Shown here: positions 8,935 through 18,135 of the stretch, piece after piece | Position numbering within the stretch: the stretch's first letter is position 1 | Layout: every line of letters begins with the position of its first letter | From: a virus | Lineage: Duplodnaviria; Caudoviricetes | Length of the DNA: 43,158 nt | Strand: one strand, 5' to 3' | IMG/VR virus record: IMGVR_UViG_3300029179_000006 | Location: 1-43,158 of that record | Program-made: the position numbers and the translations under genes | The notes under the pieces: generated by a model | The model's database searches: none | What the model was told of the DNA's origin: nothing | What the model saw: the letters and a program-made list of their open reading frames with translations, nothing else

Positions 8935-9364
8935 AGAACAATGCGAAGCTATTGCTAGAGCCCACAATGTAAAATTATCATGGATAAAAGGGGAATATGG
9001 CTTTTATATTCCCAATACCAATAGAATTACAGTTGGAACTAGTGGGACCATTGCCACTACAGCACGTATTTTTTCGCATGAAATGGGACATGTGTTCAAT
9101 TTTCGAAATAAAAAATATTATAAATATAATCGTTATGTTGGAAAAGAATACACTAAGAGATTTTTGAAAAAAGATAGTGCAGTAAAATATGCACTACGTG
9201 CAGAGATTTATACCGATAAAGTCGGTAAACGATTGTGCAAAAAATGGTTTCCCAATATTAAATATAAAGGTTCTTATAAAATGAACAAACGGTTCTATGA
9301 TTATATGTATCAGAAGTTTTTCGGTGGATTTTTCATTATTGTCATGAATCTATGCGGGTTTTAA
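8909..9364 (+). CDS. Basic HEXXH metallopeptidase-like protein (ImmA/IrrE-like; probable TTG start)
   Basis: FSHEMGH and downstream AEIYTD; AGGAG before TTG 8909 (ORF track start 8879). Confidence 0.65.
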   Translation: MRITKKLFKEQCEAIARAHNVKLSWIKGEYGFYIPNTNRITVGTSGTIATTARIFSHEMGHVFNFRNKKYYKYNRYVGKEYTKRFLKKDSAVKYALRAEIYTDKVGKRLCKKWFPNIKYKGSYKMNKRFYDYMYQKFFGGFFIIVMNLCGF

Positions 9365-9471
9365 TACAACTAATTTTACTTTATATATTCTTGTATTATG
9401 CTGCGTATACGTTTGTTCCTTATTTTTTTAAAATAACGAAAATAAAGCTTGACTTTTTTTCTTTTTTATGA
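9352..9471 (+). CDS. Possible 39-aa hydrophobic membrane peptide
   Basis: Hand-translated MRVLIQLILLYIFLYYAAYTFVPYFFK...; fills the gap but overlaps promoter P3. Confidence 0.3.
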   Translation: MRVLIQLILLYIFLYYAAYTFVPYFFKITKIKLDFFSFL

Positions 9472-9477
9472 TAGAGT
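9449..9477 (+). promoter_or_regulatory. sigma70-type early promoter P3 (predicted leaderless mRNA)
   Basis: TTGACT-17bp-TAGAGT with extended TG; ATG 9484 is 6 nt after the -10 and has no SD. Confidence 0.75.
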
Positions 9478-9483
9478 TTAATT

Positions 9484-9735
9484 ATGAAGTTGATTGACAT
9501 TTTTGCATCGAAGTATGTCGTTGATACTAAAAATAATACAATAACCTATGAAACAGAAATTGAAGCCGCTCCGGGGGTTTTGTTGCATGCCAATGTTTCG
9601 GGCGACAGAGACATGATTATTGTTAATCAAATTCACGAGGGCGGTAAAGTAGTTGTTCTAACAAAACCATTTCGAGTTCCGGCAAAGCGCTATGAAGCTG
9701 GTGAAAAAATTGCAGTATTAATGGTTAATGGGTAA
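9484..9735 (+). CDS. Hypothetical beta-rich protein
   Basis: ORF directly after P3, overlapping the next gene. Confidence 0.7.
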   Translation: MKLIDIFASKYVVDTKNNTITYETEIEAAPGVLLHANVSGDRDMIIVNQIHEGGKVVVLTKPFRVPAKRYEAGEKIAVLMVNG

Positions 9736-10000
9736 AACACGAAACAAATCACGATCAGAACTTGAGTTCTTGCGTGGGGAAGTTCGAAAACTTAGGGCAG
9801 AATTAAAATATTATAAAAGACGCGAACATATCGTACCAGATGAGGTTGATGAAGACCTCGATTATGATGATGTTCAGGATATTGTCAAGGTTCGACAGTG
9901 TCCAGTTTGTAAACATGGATGTCTCATAGATTACGATTTCTACCGAGCCATTCTAACTAAATGTGATAGTTGTGGCTTCCAAAAAACTCAAAAAAAGTAA
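9728..10000 (+). CDS. Coiled-coil plus zinc-ribbon protein
   Basis: CPVC...CDSC. Confidence 0.7.
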   Translation: MGKTRNKSRSELEFLRGEVRKLRAELKYYKRREHIVPDEVDEDLDYDDVQDIVKVRQCPVCKHGCLIDYDFYRAILTKCDSCGFQKTQKK

Positions 10001-10364
10001 AGAAAAAACTAAAGCCCGAATTAATTTACGTCATTGGTTGACACATAAACTTCGACGTTTATCTTACCAATGGTCACCTCGCAAAGAAGCAATTAAAAAG
10101 GCCCGCGTCGATAGAGGGAAATATCGATGTGCGATTTGTCAAGGGGAAACGTTTGGTCCGAAAGATATACAGTTAGATCATATTCAGCCCGTCATTGATC
10201 CGCACAATGGTTTTGAGAATTGGGACACGTATATTAACCGCTTATTTTGCGAAGAAGACGGTTTTCAAGTTTGTTGTAAAACTTGCCATAAATACAAATC
10301 AATGATGGAAAATCAAATAAGATTACAAACTAAAGATCACACTGCCGAAGATGAGGATTTATAA
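9963..10364 (+). CDS. HNH-type endonuclease
   Basis: CAIC, QLDHIQP, CCKTCH. Confidence 0.8.
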   Translation: MIVVASKKLKKSKEKTKARINLRHWLTHKLRRLSYQWSPRKEAIKKARVDRGKYRCAICQGETFGPKDIQLDHIQPVIDPHNGFENWDTYINRLFCEEDGFQVCCKTCHKYKSMMENQIRLQTKDHTAEDEDL

Positions 10365-10687
10365 TGGAAAAATTAAAAGCGATACTTAATGAATGGTCAG
10401 AAAATGGAATGCGGGTCCCATTCGTTTATGACCCCAGTCGGGGCGAACCGTCCGTAACATTAATGTTTTTTTATATATCCATGTGGATTGCGAGTTCTAT
10501 AGTCATTGCGTCAAGTGTTATGCAACTAATTAAGGGGGAATTGACTATGGCACCAATTGCGCCACTAATCCTATTAACAATGGGATTTGTATTTTATCGT
10601 CTTCGTAATTTGGACAAAGTAAAAATTGATCTGGATGATAGAGCGCTCGAATTATCTTCAGATAACGAAAAGGAAGAAGGAAAATAA
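10364..10687 (+). CDS. Two-TM membrane protein with charged C-terminus (holin-like)
   Basis: Two hydrophobic segments; acidic/basic tail. Confidence 0.55.
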   Translation: MEKLKAILNEWSENGMRVPFVYDPSRGEPSVTLMFFYISMWIASSIVIASSVMQLIKGELTMAPIAPLILLTMGFVFYRLRNLDKVKIDLDDRALELSSDNEKEEGK

Positions 10688-11556
10688 TGCGTTTTTTGAA
10701 AAAATATTACGGTCATCTAGTCATTGTGGTGCTCGCACTTGGTGTGGGAGGCGTTCTTAAACTAACGACTCAATCAGATAAACCTAAAACTGTAGAAGAT
10801 TTCGCTAAAACTAGCGCTATGATCGTTATGGACGGTAATATGTCAGGCGGCAGCGGAGTTGTTCTAACATCTGATAAAGACGGATCAATTATTTTAACAA
10901 ATATGCATGTTTGTGAAGTAATTCAAGCTGGGGGGCTAGTGGTCAATTTGGATACCGCCTATCGAATTAAACAATACAAACTTTATAAAAAACATGATTT
11001 GTGCTTGATTAAAATTGCGGAAAATTTAAATGTCTCCAGTATTGTTGCTAAAGAACCCGTTAAAAAATATTCACATGTTTATGTTTCGGGCCATCCAGCG
11101 TTATTGCCACATGTATTAACTGAAGGCTATTTTGGCGATTATCGAACCATCCCAATTCTTGTCGATATTAAAGAATGTAAAACAGATGAACAGTTTAAAC
11201 GGCACCCAATCGAATGTTTGTTTTTTGGTGGAATTCCAGTAACACGTTCATTTGATGCCCAGCTAGTTACTGCCACCATAATGCCGGGATCAAGCGGTTC
11301 GGGCGTCTTCAACGAAGAAGGCGAAATTGCTGGATTAATTTTTGCTGGATCAGCCCAGGGCCTTAGTTATGGTTTTATTGTTCCCTTGTCTTATATTCAA
11401 GATTTTCTAACAAACCAAGAGAATCTTCCTTGGCAGACCCCCAAAAAAGCATCTAGAAAGAAATTTATGCAACTTAGTACAACTAAACGAATTTATATAG
11501 CATGTCAAGGTAAAGCATATTATTCGGTCTATTGTAATTCATTGGAGCTAGAATGA
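10687..11556 (+). CDS. Membrane-anchored trypsin-like serine protease, no PDZ domain
   Basis: N-terminal TM; GSGV; triad TNMH, HDL, PGSSGS. Confidence 0.9.
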   Translation: MRFLKKYYGHLVIVVLALGVGGVLKLTTQSDKPKTVEDFAKTSAMIVMDGNMSGGSGVVLTSDKDGSIILTNMHVCEVIQAGGLVVNLDTAYRIKQYKLYKKHDLCLIKIAENLNVSSIVAKEPVKKYSHVYVSGHPALLPHVLTEGYFGDYRTIPILVDIKECKTDEQFKRHPIECLFFGGIPVTRSFDAQLVTATIMPGSSGSGVFNEEGEIAGLIFAGSAQGLSYGFIVPLSYIQDFLTNQENLPWQTPKKASRKKFMQLSTTKRIYIACQGKAYYSVYCNSLELE

Positions 11557-11816
11557 GCTTTGAAGTAGTTTTAGGAATCGGGGGTATTCTAGTTGGCTTG
11601 GTGTTTTATTTTAAAAATAAAGCAGATAAAACGGGCTCAGATGCAATTTTAAACGATACTAGAGGCCAAGACAAGATCCTGAAGGAGACCCAAGAAGAAG
11701 TTAAGGGAAAGATTCTTCAGTTTGATCAAAATATTGAAAATCTAAAGAAAGAACTAGATCACACGAACGACCCTGATAAAAGTCGTCAAGAACGGGCCGA
11801 CGAATGGAAAAAGTAA
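11553..11816 (+). CDS. N-terminal TM plus coiled-coil protein (i-spanin-like topology)
   Basis: Hydrophobic N-terminus followed by a heptad-rich charged region. Confidence 0.55.
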   Translation: MSFEVVLGIGGILVGLVFYFKNKADKTGSDAILNDTRGQDKILKETQEEVKGKILQFDQNIENLKKELDHTNDPDKSRQERADEWKK

Positions 11817-12223
11817 TTCTAGCATGTATTATCTTGTTTAATTCCACAACATTCGCACAATCTCCCTCAACTAGCCCCATTATTATGCCGCCAGAATGTC
11901 CTTATGTTAAACCAATTAATCGGGGACAAAAGGCCGAATGCGATGGATTTTATTTTTCCGATGATGCCGAACGTGCTGCGAGCAACGCTAAAAAAGATGT
12001 GGAAGTTTTAAAGAAGATTAACGATGAACTTGAAAAAAAGAGTGCAGCTCAAGCAAAAGAGACAGAGATTCTAGAGCGTCGTCTAAATCTATATGTTACC
12101 CAGAGCGAGATTCTAAGCAAAAAAGAGGCTCAAAGAGATAATATGGAAAGTCTTTATAGGATCGGTTACTTTGCGCTAGGCGCACTTTTAACTGGAGTTA
12201 TTGCGAGTAATGTCAACCGATAA
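11804..12223 (+). CDS. Exported coiled-coil protein with C-terminal TM helix
   Basis: Signal peptide ending ...TFA; Cys pair; coiled coil; C-terminal IGYFALGALLTGVIA. Confidence 0.6.
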   Translation: MEKVILACIILFNSTTFAQSPSTSPIIMPPECPYVKPINRGQKAECDGFYFSDDAERAASNAKKDVEVLKKINDELEKKSAAQAKETEILERRLNLYVTQSEILSKKEAQRDNMESLYRIGYFALGALLTGVIASNVNR

Positions 12224-12602
12224 GAAGAAGATCGTTCACGATCTGCCTTTAGAGGAACTATTAAAAATAGCGGCTAATTCGGATGAAGCCATTGTGATGG
12301 ATAAACTCACTGAGGCCGCTAAGTTTATTTATGATATCGGTTTGAAGCAGGGCGATGATCTGGTTTTAGGCCAAATGATCTACTTTAACTACCGTCTTTG
12401 GAAGGGTTGGTCTAATAAGCGTCAACCTAAAGCACAGTTCTTTAAAGATTTTAGTAAATACTTTAAATCTCATAGAACGAAAGATGGAATGTCTTATTTT
12501 GTTAATTCTAAGGCACTTGATTTATCAGAAGATACCTATTGGCAAATGAGAGCAGACTTAAGAAATGAAAAAGCAAAAAGAAAAAAGAAGAAGCAGAGTT
12601 AA
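12210..12602 (+). CDS. Possible winged-helix DNA-binding protein
   Basis: IYFNYRLW...FFKDFSKYFKSHRTKDG resembles D5/RFX-type wHTH; very basic C-terminus; ATG 12210 preferred over 12201. Confidence 0.45.
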   Translation: MSTDKKKIVHDLPLEELLKIAANSDEAIVMDKLTEAAKFIYDIGLKQGDDLVLGQMIYFNYRLWKGWSNKRQPKAQFFKDFSKYFKSHRTKDGMSYFVNSKALDLSEDTYWQMRADLRNEKAKRKKKKQS

Positions 12603-13029
12603 GTATCCAAACCTAACACCTAGATATAATGTTAAAGTTCGTCAAGAATCCATCGATCAAGATTATCTAGAAAAACTTAGCCCAGAAGAGATGGCATGGC
12701 TAGATCGATTTATGGGGGAGTATAATAACGCGAGCTTTAAGAACGATGGAACAGACTTACATCAAAATGTAGAGCATAAAAAAGAAATTTATAATAAGAA
12801 TAATGCTAGAAATCGTTGTTTATATGGTCAACTTAAAGTGCGTCGATTAAATGATAAATTGGTCAATTATGATGAAGTCGTGAATCAAGTCGATGACTAC
12901 CAGGCCCAAGAATTACCAGATACGTATGTAGAAGACGCTTATATTGATTTTTTAACAGAAGAAAAAATTAAAGAATGGATTAAAGAATATGACGATGCAA
13001 TGTCGTCATTCAGAGAAGCTCTCGAATAG
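12565..13029 (+). CDS. Hypothetical protein, last gene of the + arm
   Basis: 154-aa ORF with basic N-terminus and acidic C-terminus. Confidence 0.7.
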   Translation: MKKQKEKRRSRVKYPNLTPRYNVKVRQESIDQDYLEKLSPEEMAWLDRFMGEYNNASFKNDGTDLHQNVEHKKEIYNKNNARNRCLYGQLKVRRLNDKLVNYDEVVNQVDDYQAQELPDTYVEDAYIDFLTEEKIKEWIKEYDDAMSSFREALE

Positions 13030-13285
13030 CAACTGCAATTCCTAGTATTGTTGCTACTAACCCAAGTAAAGCCCCTAAAATTTTTGTTAAACCATTAACG
13101 AGTCTAACGTGACCCTCAAAGTGGTCTAAACGTGCTTCTTGAACCTCTAAACGAGCCTCAGATGCTTCTGTCCGCCGCATATGTTCTTCAAGAATTGTAG
13201 TGTTCTTGGCCGTCTGTTCCTTCATATCGGCCTGATCATTTTTCACTTCTATAATAAGATCGATTAGTTTATCTATTCGTTCCAT
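13010..13285 (-). CDS. Coiled-coil protein with C-terminal TM (holin/XhlA-like topology)
   Basis: Heptads then ILGALLGLVATILGIAVAI; last gene of the - arm. Confidence 0.6.
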   Translation of the reverse strand: MERIDKLIDLIIEVKNDQADMKEQTAKNTTILEEHMRRTEASEARLEVQEARLDHFEGHVRLVNGLTKILGALLGLVATILGIAVAIRELL

Positions 13286-15312
13286 TACGGCACTTGGTTA
13301 TCCTCATTTTCGTTTAAATACTGTCTATAAGCAGGATTTTGCATAATTCCAAACAAAATAGCGTTTCTCGAACGTTCATCAGCATTGGCCGCTTTAACTA
13401 AAATATTAGACAATTCTTGAGCCACTCCGCTACCTTTTTGCGCTATTTGAGCTGCTTTAGATTTTAGTACTTCTGGAGTATATTTTTCAATTTGTGCGAC
13501 ACCCTTTTCAGCTAAGGTTCCTGCGGCTCGCGTTGTTTGACCAGCATAGTATCCACCAAGGTTTGCTGCGCCAGTTCCTAAAGTTCTAGTAATTGAAAGT
13601 GGTGAAGCTAAACTTAATAAATTAAGGGGCTTGTTAATTTCTTGAATTGTATGCACCTTAGTTCCAAACTTAGCAAAATCTTGCTGTAATTTTGTTGCCA
13701 TTTCTGGATTTACTTGAGCCAATTTTTCAATAAAATTATTAATAGTTTCCTGTGCCTTAATCGCACCAACGCCAACTTTACCTTCCTGACCTATTATAGA
13801 TAAAATACGATCACGAATTTGTTTTTCATTAATATTTCTAGTATCAGCAATTCCGAGTGCTTCAGCAGCTTGATTTAATTGATATATTTTTTCGTCTGCG
13901 GATTTAACTCCCGGAACAGTTTCTCGAAGCATATTTTTAACATCATCGATAGACTTGCCGGTTTGTCTTTGAACTTCAGCGCTTTTAAAAGAGTAATCAC
14001 CATATGAGGATTTTTGTTTTAAATCTTTATATAATTGGTATAATTCTTCTGGATTTCGTAAATCTTTTCCACCAGAACGAACAGTTTCTGTGATGTCTTT
14101 AAATTTGGCGGCTTCGTCTACATCTAATAGCTTCGATGCCAGTTTTTTATATCCAATAAAATGGCCATCTACATCAAATTGTTTTTGACGAATTAAACCT
14201 AATGTTTTATTTGGAATATCGGTAGGCTCAAATAATACCTCTAAAGGCACGGCACTTTGACTGCCTGCTGCCAAATTTTGCTCTGCTTGTTTTTGAATAA
14301 ATAGATCTTCAAATTTTCCAATTTGAGATTTGGCATCGCCATAAAATATTCGATTACTTTTTTCAACTAATGGACCGTCATGTGCAGTTCTAAGTAATTC
14401 CCTATATTGTTCTAATTCTCGCTTAACTTCAGGCAAATTACTTTCAATATCATCACCCAAACGAGTTTTAATAAATTGATTAATTTTATTTTCGTCAGCT
14501 TTAATTCCCGCTTTTTGGGCATCAGCAATTAATTGGTTTTTAAGAATGGCAACGTCATTAATATCTTTTTGAAGGTTTGGAGCAACTTCAGAAGCAAATT
14601 GTCCAACATCGGACATGATGGATTTAATGCCTTGTTCGGATGTCGCTTTAGTTCCTGCATAACCCATTTTGGCGGCTTCATCAACTGGTCCCAAGATTTT
14701 ATTGCCGAGCCATTTTAACCCGCCAACAGTTTCTGATGTTACACCTTTAATAACTGGAGCAACTAAAGGCACTCCCCCACCAACGACTGCGCCAGTTCCC
14801 GCCCCGGCTCCTACATCCTTTGCAAATTCAGACGACACTAAAGGATTTTCGCTATAACCGGCAGCCGCAGCTCCACCTAGCCCGACACCAATTTTAGTTC
14901 CGGCTTTAATTTTTTGTGCAAGAGACGCATTTTTCAACGCTCCAGCGGCGCCCACGGGAACAAGTAACCCACCAACAACTTCCCCGGTTTTATATAGATT
15001 CGGATGAGCCTCTTCTGCGCGTTTATATCTCTGACGAGCAGCATCACGATATTCTCGATATAATGCTTCTAACGGTTGTTCAGATCCAGCAAAAGTTTCT
15101 AATCCCGCACCTAATGCTCCACTGATTTCATCCGGAAATCCTAGAGTCAATCCCTGTTCTGCACCTTTCAGTGCAGAGTCGAATTCATCTGGGGACGTTT
15201 GTTGCATATATTGTGCAACTTTTTCTTTTTCATCGGGATGAAGTTCAAAACCAAAGTTTTCATCTTTAGTTTCATCTGAGATAGGTTCAAAACCAAAATT
15301 ATCATCACTCAT
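13285..15312 (-). CDS. Putative internal virion/ejection protein
   Basis: Gly/Ala-rich hydrophobic segments, helical; position after the tail genes. Confidence 0.6.
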   Translation of the reverse strand: MSDDNFGFEPISDETKDENFGFELHPDEKEKVAQYMQQTSPDEFDSALKGAEQGLTLGFPDEISGALGAGLETFAGSEQPLEALYREYRDAARQRYKRAEEAHPNLYKTGEVVGGLLVPVGAAGALKNASLAQKIKAGTKIGVGLGGAAAAGYSENPLVSSEFAKDVGAGAGTGAVVGGGVPLVAPVIKGVTSETVGGLKWLGNKILGPVDEAAKMGYAGTKATSEQGIKSIMSDVGQFASEVAPNLQKDINDVAILKNQLIADAQKAGIKADENKINQFIKTRLGDDIESNLPEVKRELEQYRELLRTAHDGPLVEKSNRIFYGDAKSQIGKFEDLFIQKQAEQNLAAGSQSAVPLEVLFEPTDIPNKTLGLIRQKQFDVDGHFIGYKKLASKLLDVDEAAKFKDITETVRSGGKDLRNPEELYQLYKDLKQKSSYGDYSFKSAEVQRQTGKSIDDVKNMLRETVPGVKSADEKIYQLNQAAEALGIADTRNINEKQIRDRILSIIGQEGKVGVGAIKAQETINNFIEKLAQVNPEMATKLQQDFAKFGTKVHTIQEINKPLNLLSLASPLSITRTLGTGAANLGGYYAGQTTRAAGTLAEKGVAQIEKYTPEVLKSKAAQIAQKGSGVAQELSNILVKAANADERSRNAILFGIMQNPAYRQYLNENEDNQVP

Positions 15313-16767
15313 TTATTTAACCAACTGAAATTTGGGTGTTCCATCGGAGTTTGTCGCTTTAAGTGCATCTTCAATTTTATCTTGAGAAATAAAACCCCTT
15401 TTACCACTTTTGGTTTCAATTACCTGTACTTTATTAAAATTCGGATTTGTGTAGACGTCGCTCCCTAAAAGACTTTCCATAGAGCGAACATTCATTTTAG
15501 TGTTTTGCATATTGGGGGCAGATTTTAAATCTTGGTATAAATTGTTCGCAAAGAAATTAGTTCGTTGCTGCATATAATTTTCGGCACGTTGCTGCATTAC
15601 TTTGGCTAGACCAATCAATCTGTCCTTATCTTCTTGTGGTAACTTACCAAAAGCTTTAACGCTGCCCCAACGTTTTAGAGTGTCTAAAATTGCGGGACTA
15701 CCGCCAAATCCGGCGACATCATTCTCGGTCATTGTTCCTTTTTCACCATTGGCTCGAGCAATCTGAGTTTGAATAGCCCGGACAAAATCCGCACCGATGA
15801 CATCTCCAGATTTAATTAACGCAGATATATTTTTTGATGCCTCTAACGCTGAACGAGTATCTTTTGTATCATCAATGAAGGCCTTTCTTGAGTTATCAAG
15901 TTGTTTCTGTTGATTAACCGTCAATTGATCGCGGGTAATAACGGGCGTTTTTTGTTCCGCCTGTTCTAGCTGTTGACTTGATGGAGCAGTCAAACTGCCG
16001 GTTTGACGTCCACTAGCTGGATTGACCGAAATAATCTCACCAGTACGAGGATTAGAACGAACCTGCTGAGCAAATCCGGCCTCTCCGACTGAGGGCCCAA
16101 CTTCGCCAGTTACCATATTTACTAATCGAGTTTCGATTACACCCGTTTCAGGATTTCTAAGTCGTACTTGTTGAAATGCTCGACCTTCGTTACTAGGTTT
16201 TCCTATCAATTTTTGCATTTGGGCGAGATCCCAAGCAGATTTACCTTCAACATCTTGAGGATTAAATCCGCGTTTTATTGCCATAGTTCGATAAAATTCA
16301 GAAACAGGACTATCGGCTGCGCGCATTTGTTTCATATCGCCAAGAGAAATATCAAGACCATCTTGCTTTATGGCGTCAGAGTAATCTTGTACTTTTTGAT
16401 CATTCATCCCCTGAAGCATTTTAATATTAGATAAATCGGTATCAAATTGGCCGCTATGTTTGCCCACTAATCCTTGGCCCAAGATCTGCCCCCCAGCCAA
16501 AACGCCAAGCATCATGTTATTTTTTCTACGCTGATCTTGTAAATCGCGATATTGTGATATAAGATCTTCATATTTTGAATTGGGCGACACTAGAGGCATA
16601 TCGGCGGTCAACTCGACGTTTTCAGTCGGTTCAACTTGCTGAACTTCACTCTCCAAGTTATCGGATTCAACTGGTTCATCAGTAGATAAATCCTCTAGAC
16701 TCGAAGGCATTTCTTCCGCTAAAGGTATATTTGAATCTTGATCTTCGTCATCTGTAAAGTATGCCAT
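15313..16767 (-). CDS. Putative internal virion/ejection protein
   Basis: Acidic N-terminus, helical; gene order. Confidence 0.55.
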   Translation of the reverse strand: MAYFTDDEDQDSNIPLAEEMPSSLEDLSTDEPVESDNLESEVQQVEPTENVELTADMPLVSPNSKYEDLISQYRDLQDQRRKNNMMLGVLAGGQILGQGLVGKHSGQFDTDLSNIKMLQGMNDQKVQDYSDAIKQDGLDISLGDMKQMRAADSPVSEFYRTMAIKRGFNPQDVEGKSAWDLAQMQKLIGKPSNEGRAFQQVRLRNPETGVIETRLVNMVTGEVGPSVGEAGFAQQVRSNPRTGEIISVNPASGRQTGSLTAPSSQQLEQAEQKTPVITRDQLTVNQQKQLDNSRKAFIDDTKDTRSALEASKNISALIKSGDVIGADFVRAIQTQIARANGEKGTMTENDVAGFGGSPAILDTLKRWGSVKAFGKLPQEDKDRLIGLAKVMQQRAENYMQQRTNFFANNLYQDLKSAPNMQNTKMNVRSMESLLGSDVYTNPNFNKVQVIETKSGKRGFISQDKIEDALKATNSDGTPKFQLVK

Positions 16768-16784
16768 TTTTTATCCAATAAAAA

Positions 16785-17798
16785 TTAGAATATTTCGTCT
16801 TCTAGCCAATCATTCTCTTCTTGCGTACTAAAACCGCCATCGCCATCTTTCTGATTGGCGAAGTATGATCCGGCAGCGGTGTCTACACCTTTTCCGATAT
16901 TACCCCACATACCCGCATTTCTAGCAGCAGCATCTTGACCTGCGGTTTGTGTCGCGTTAGCAATTCCGGCGTACTGACCTGAACGTCCAGCAGCTAAGGC
17001 GGTCCGGTTATTAAATTGTTGCTGAATCAGCCGCTTGTTGGCTTCTTGCTGAGCATTTCTTAATCCGACGTTTTGATTTGCTATATCTTGCTTAGTTTGT
17101 AAGTTTCGTAAATTTGCAGCATTAGATGTTCCAACATTACGTTGTTGTACATTTTGTTGATTCTGTGTGTTAAATTGATTAATAAAATCTTGAGCTTTAG
17201 CTACATCCGATTTTTGACCAAATTGTTGACCAGATAGTGCTGTGGCTAAATTACCGCTCTGACTAATTGAATTTAATGCTCGTTCTTGTGCCATTTGTAA
17301 GGCTCGATCATTTTCTTGAGATTGACGATCTGCGGCAGATTGAGATGCCTGTAGCCTTGCTGCAAGCTCCGCTCCAGAGCCGCCCATTCCGCGTCTTGCC
17401 ATATCAGATAAAATTTGTTCACCTTTAGCTTGTGCTTCATTAGCTGCTGCACGACGAGATTGATTTAATGCCGCTTGTTCTGCGGGAGTTAACCCTGTTT
17501 GACCCATTTCGGACAATTGAGCCAAAGCATTCATTTGTGCTTGCTGAATAACCGGATCAACGGACACCCCTTCCATAGCACTTGGTCCCATGCCGAGAGC
17601 ACTTTCTAATTGAGCCTGAAAATCTCCAACGTTTGTTAATCCTTCAAGATTCAGTTCTTGTTCCGCAATAGACGGAGCATTTAATCCGGCCCACTGCTCT
17701 AATGCAGATCTGCGAGCATTTTGAGCTTGGTCCATAGACCGATTTGCTATATTTTCAGAAGTTACGGCGCCAACGACTCCTCCGATTGCACTTCCCAT
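16785..17798 (-). CDS. Putative ejection (pilot-like) protein
   Basis: Q/A/N/G-rich helical sequence; MGSAIGGVVGA N-terminus. Confidence 0.6.
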   Translation of the reverse strand: MGSAIGGVVGAVTSENIANRSMDQAQNARRSALEQWAGLNAPSIAEQELNLEGLTNVGDFQAQLESALGMGPSAMEGVSVDPVIQQAQMNALAQLSEMGQTGLTPAEQAALNQSRRAAANEAQAKGEQILSDMARRGMGGSGAELAARLQASQSAADRQSQENDRALQMAQERALNSISQSGNLATALSGQQFGQKSDVAKAQDFINQFNTQNQQNVQQRNVGTSNAANLRNLQTKQDIANQNVGLRNAQQEANKRLIQQQFNNRTALAAGRSGQYAGIANATQTAGQDAAARNAGMWGNIGKGVDTAAGSYFANQKDGDGGFSTQEENDWLEDEIF

Positions 17799-17799
17799 A

Positions 17800-18135
17800 T
17801 TATTCTCCTAAATTCTTTCTCAAAAAAATCATTGAACCGATAATTTTATAAACATCCATGCCATATGCTAGAAAAATTTTTAAATTTCTAGTAACATTTT
17901 GATCATCAATAGACACACTTCCGATCAACACGCTACATCCAGCTAATTTAGCTTTCATACAAACCTGATCTGCAAAACTTGTTGCCAGACCACTGTTGCG
18001 AAATTCTGGAAGAATGTAAATATCTTGTAAATAACACTCTCCATTTTCAAAAATTTTATATGTCGCAAATCCTTCTGGAGTTTCGATAATTTCTTTATTC
18101 TCGCGTTCTTTAATATAATTTGCGTACAAACTCAT
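17800..18135 (-). CDS. GNAT family acetyltransferase
   Basis: YLQDIYILPEFRNSGLAT (acetyl-CoA-binding motif A). Confidence 0.85.
   Translation of the reverse strand: MSLYANYIKERENKEIIETPEGFATYKIFENGECYLQDIYILPEFRNSGLATSFADQVCMKAKLAGCSVLIGSVSIDDQNVTRNLKIFLAYGMDVYKIIGSMIFLRKNLGE

Noticed and set aside
11804-11830. Lipobox (ILAC) making this gene an o-spanin or u-spanin
   Set aside because: The Cys at residue 8 is too early for a lipoprotein signal; an SPI-type site follows
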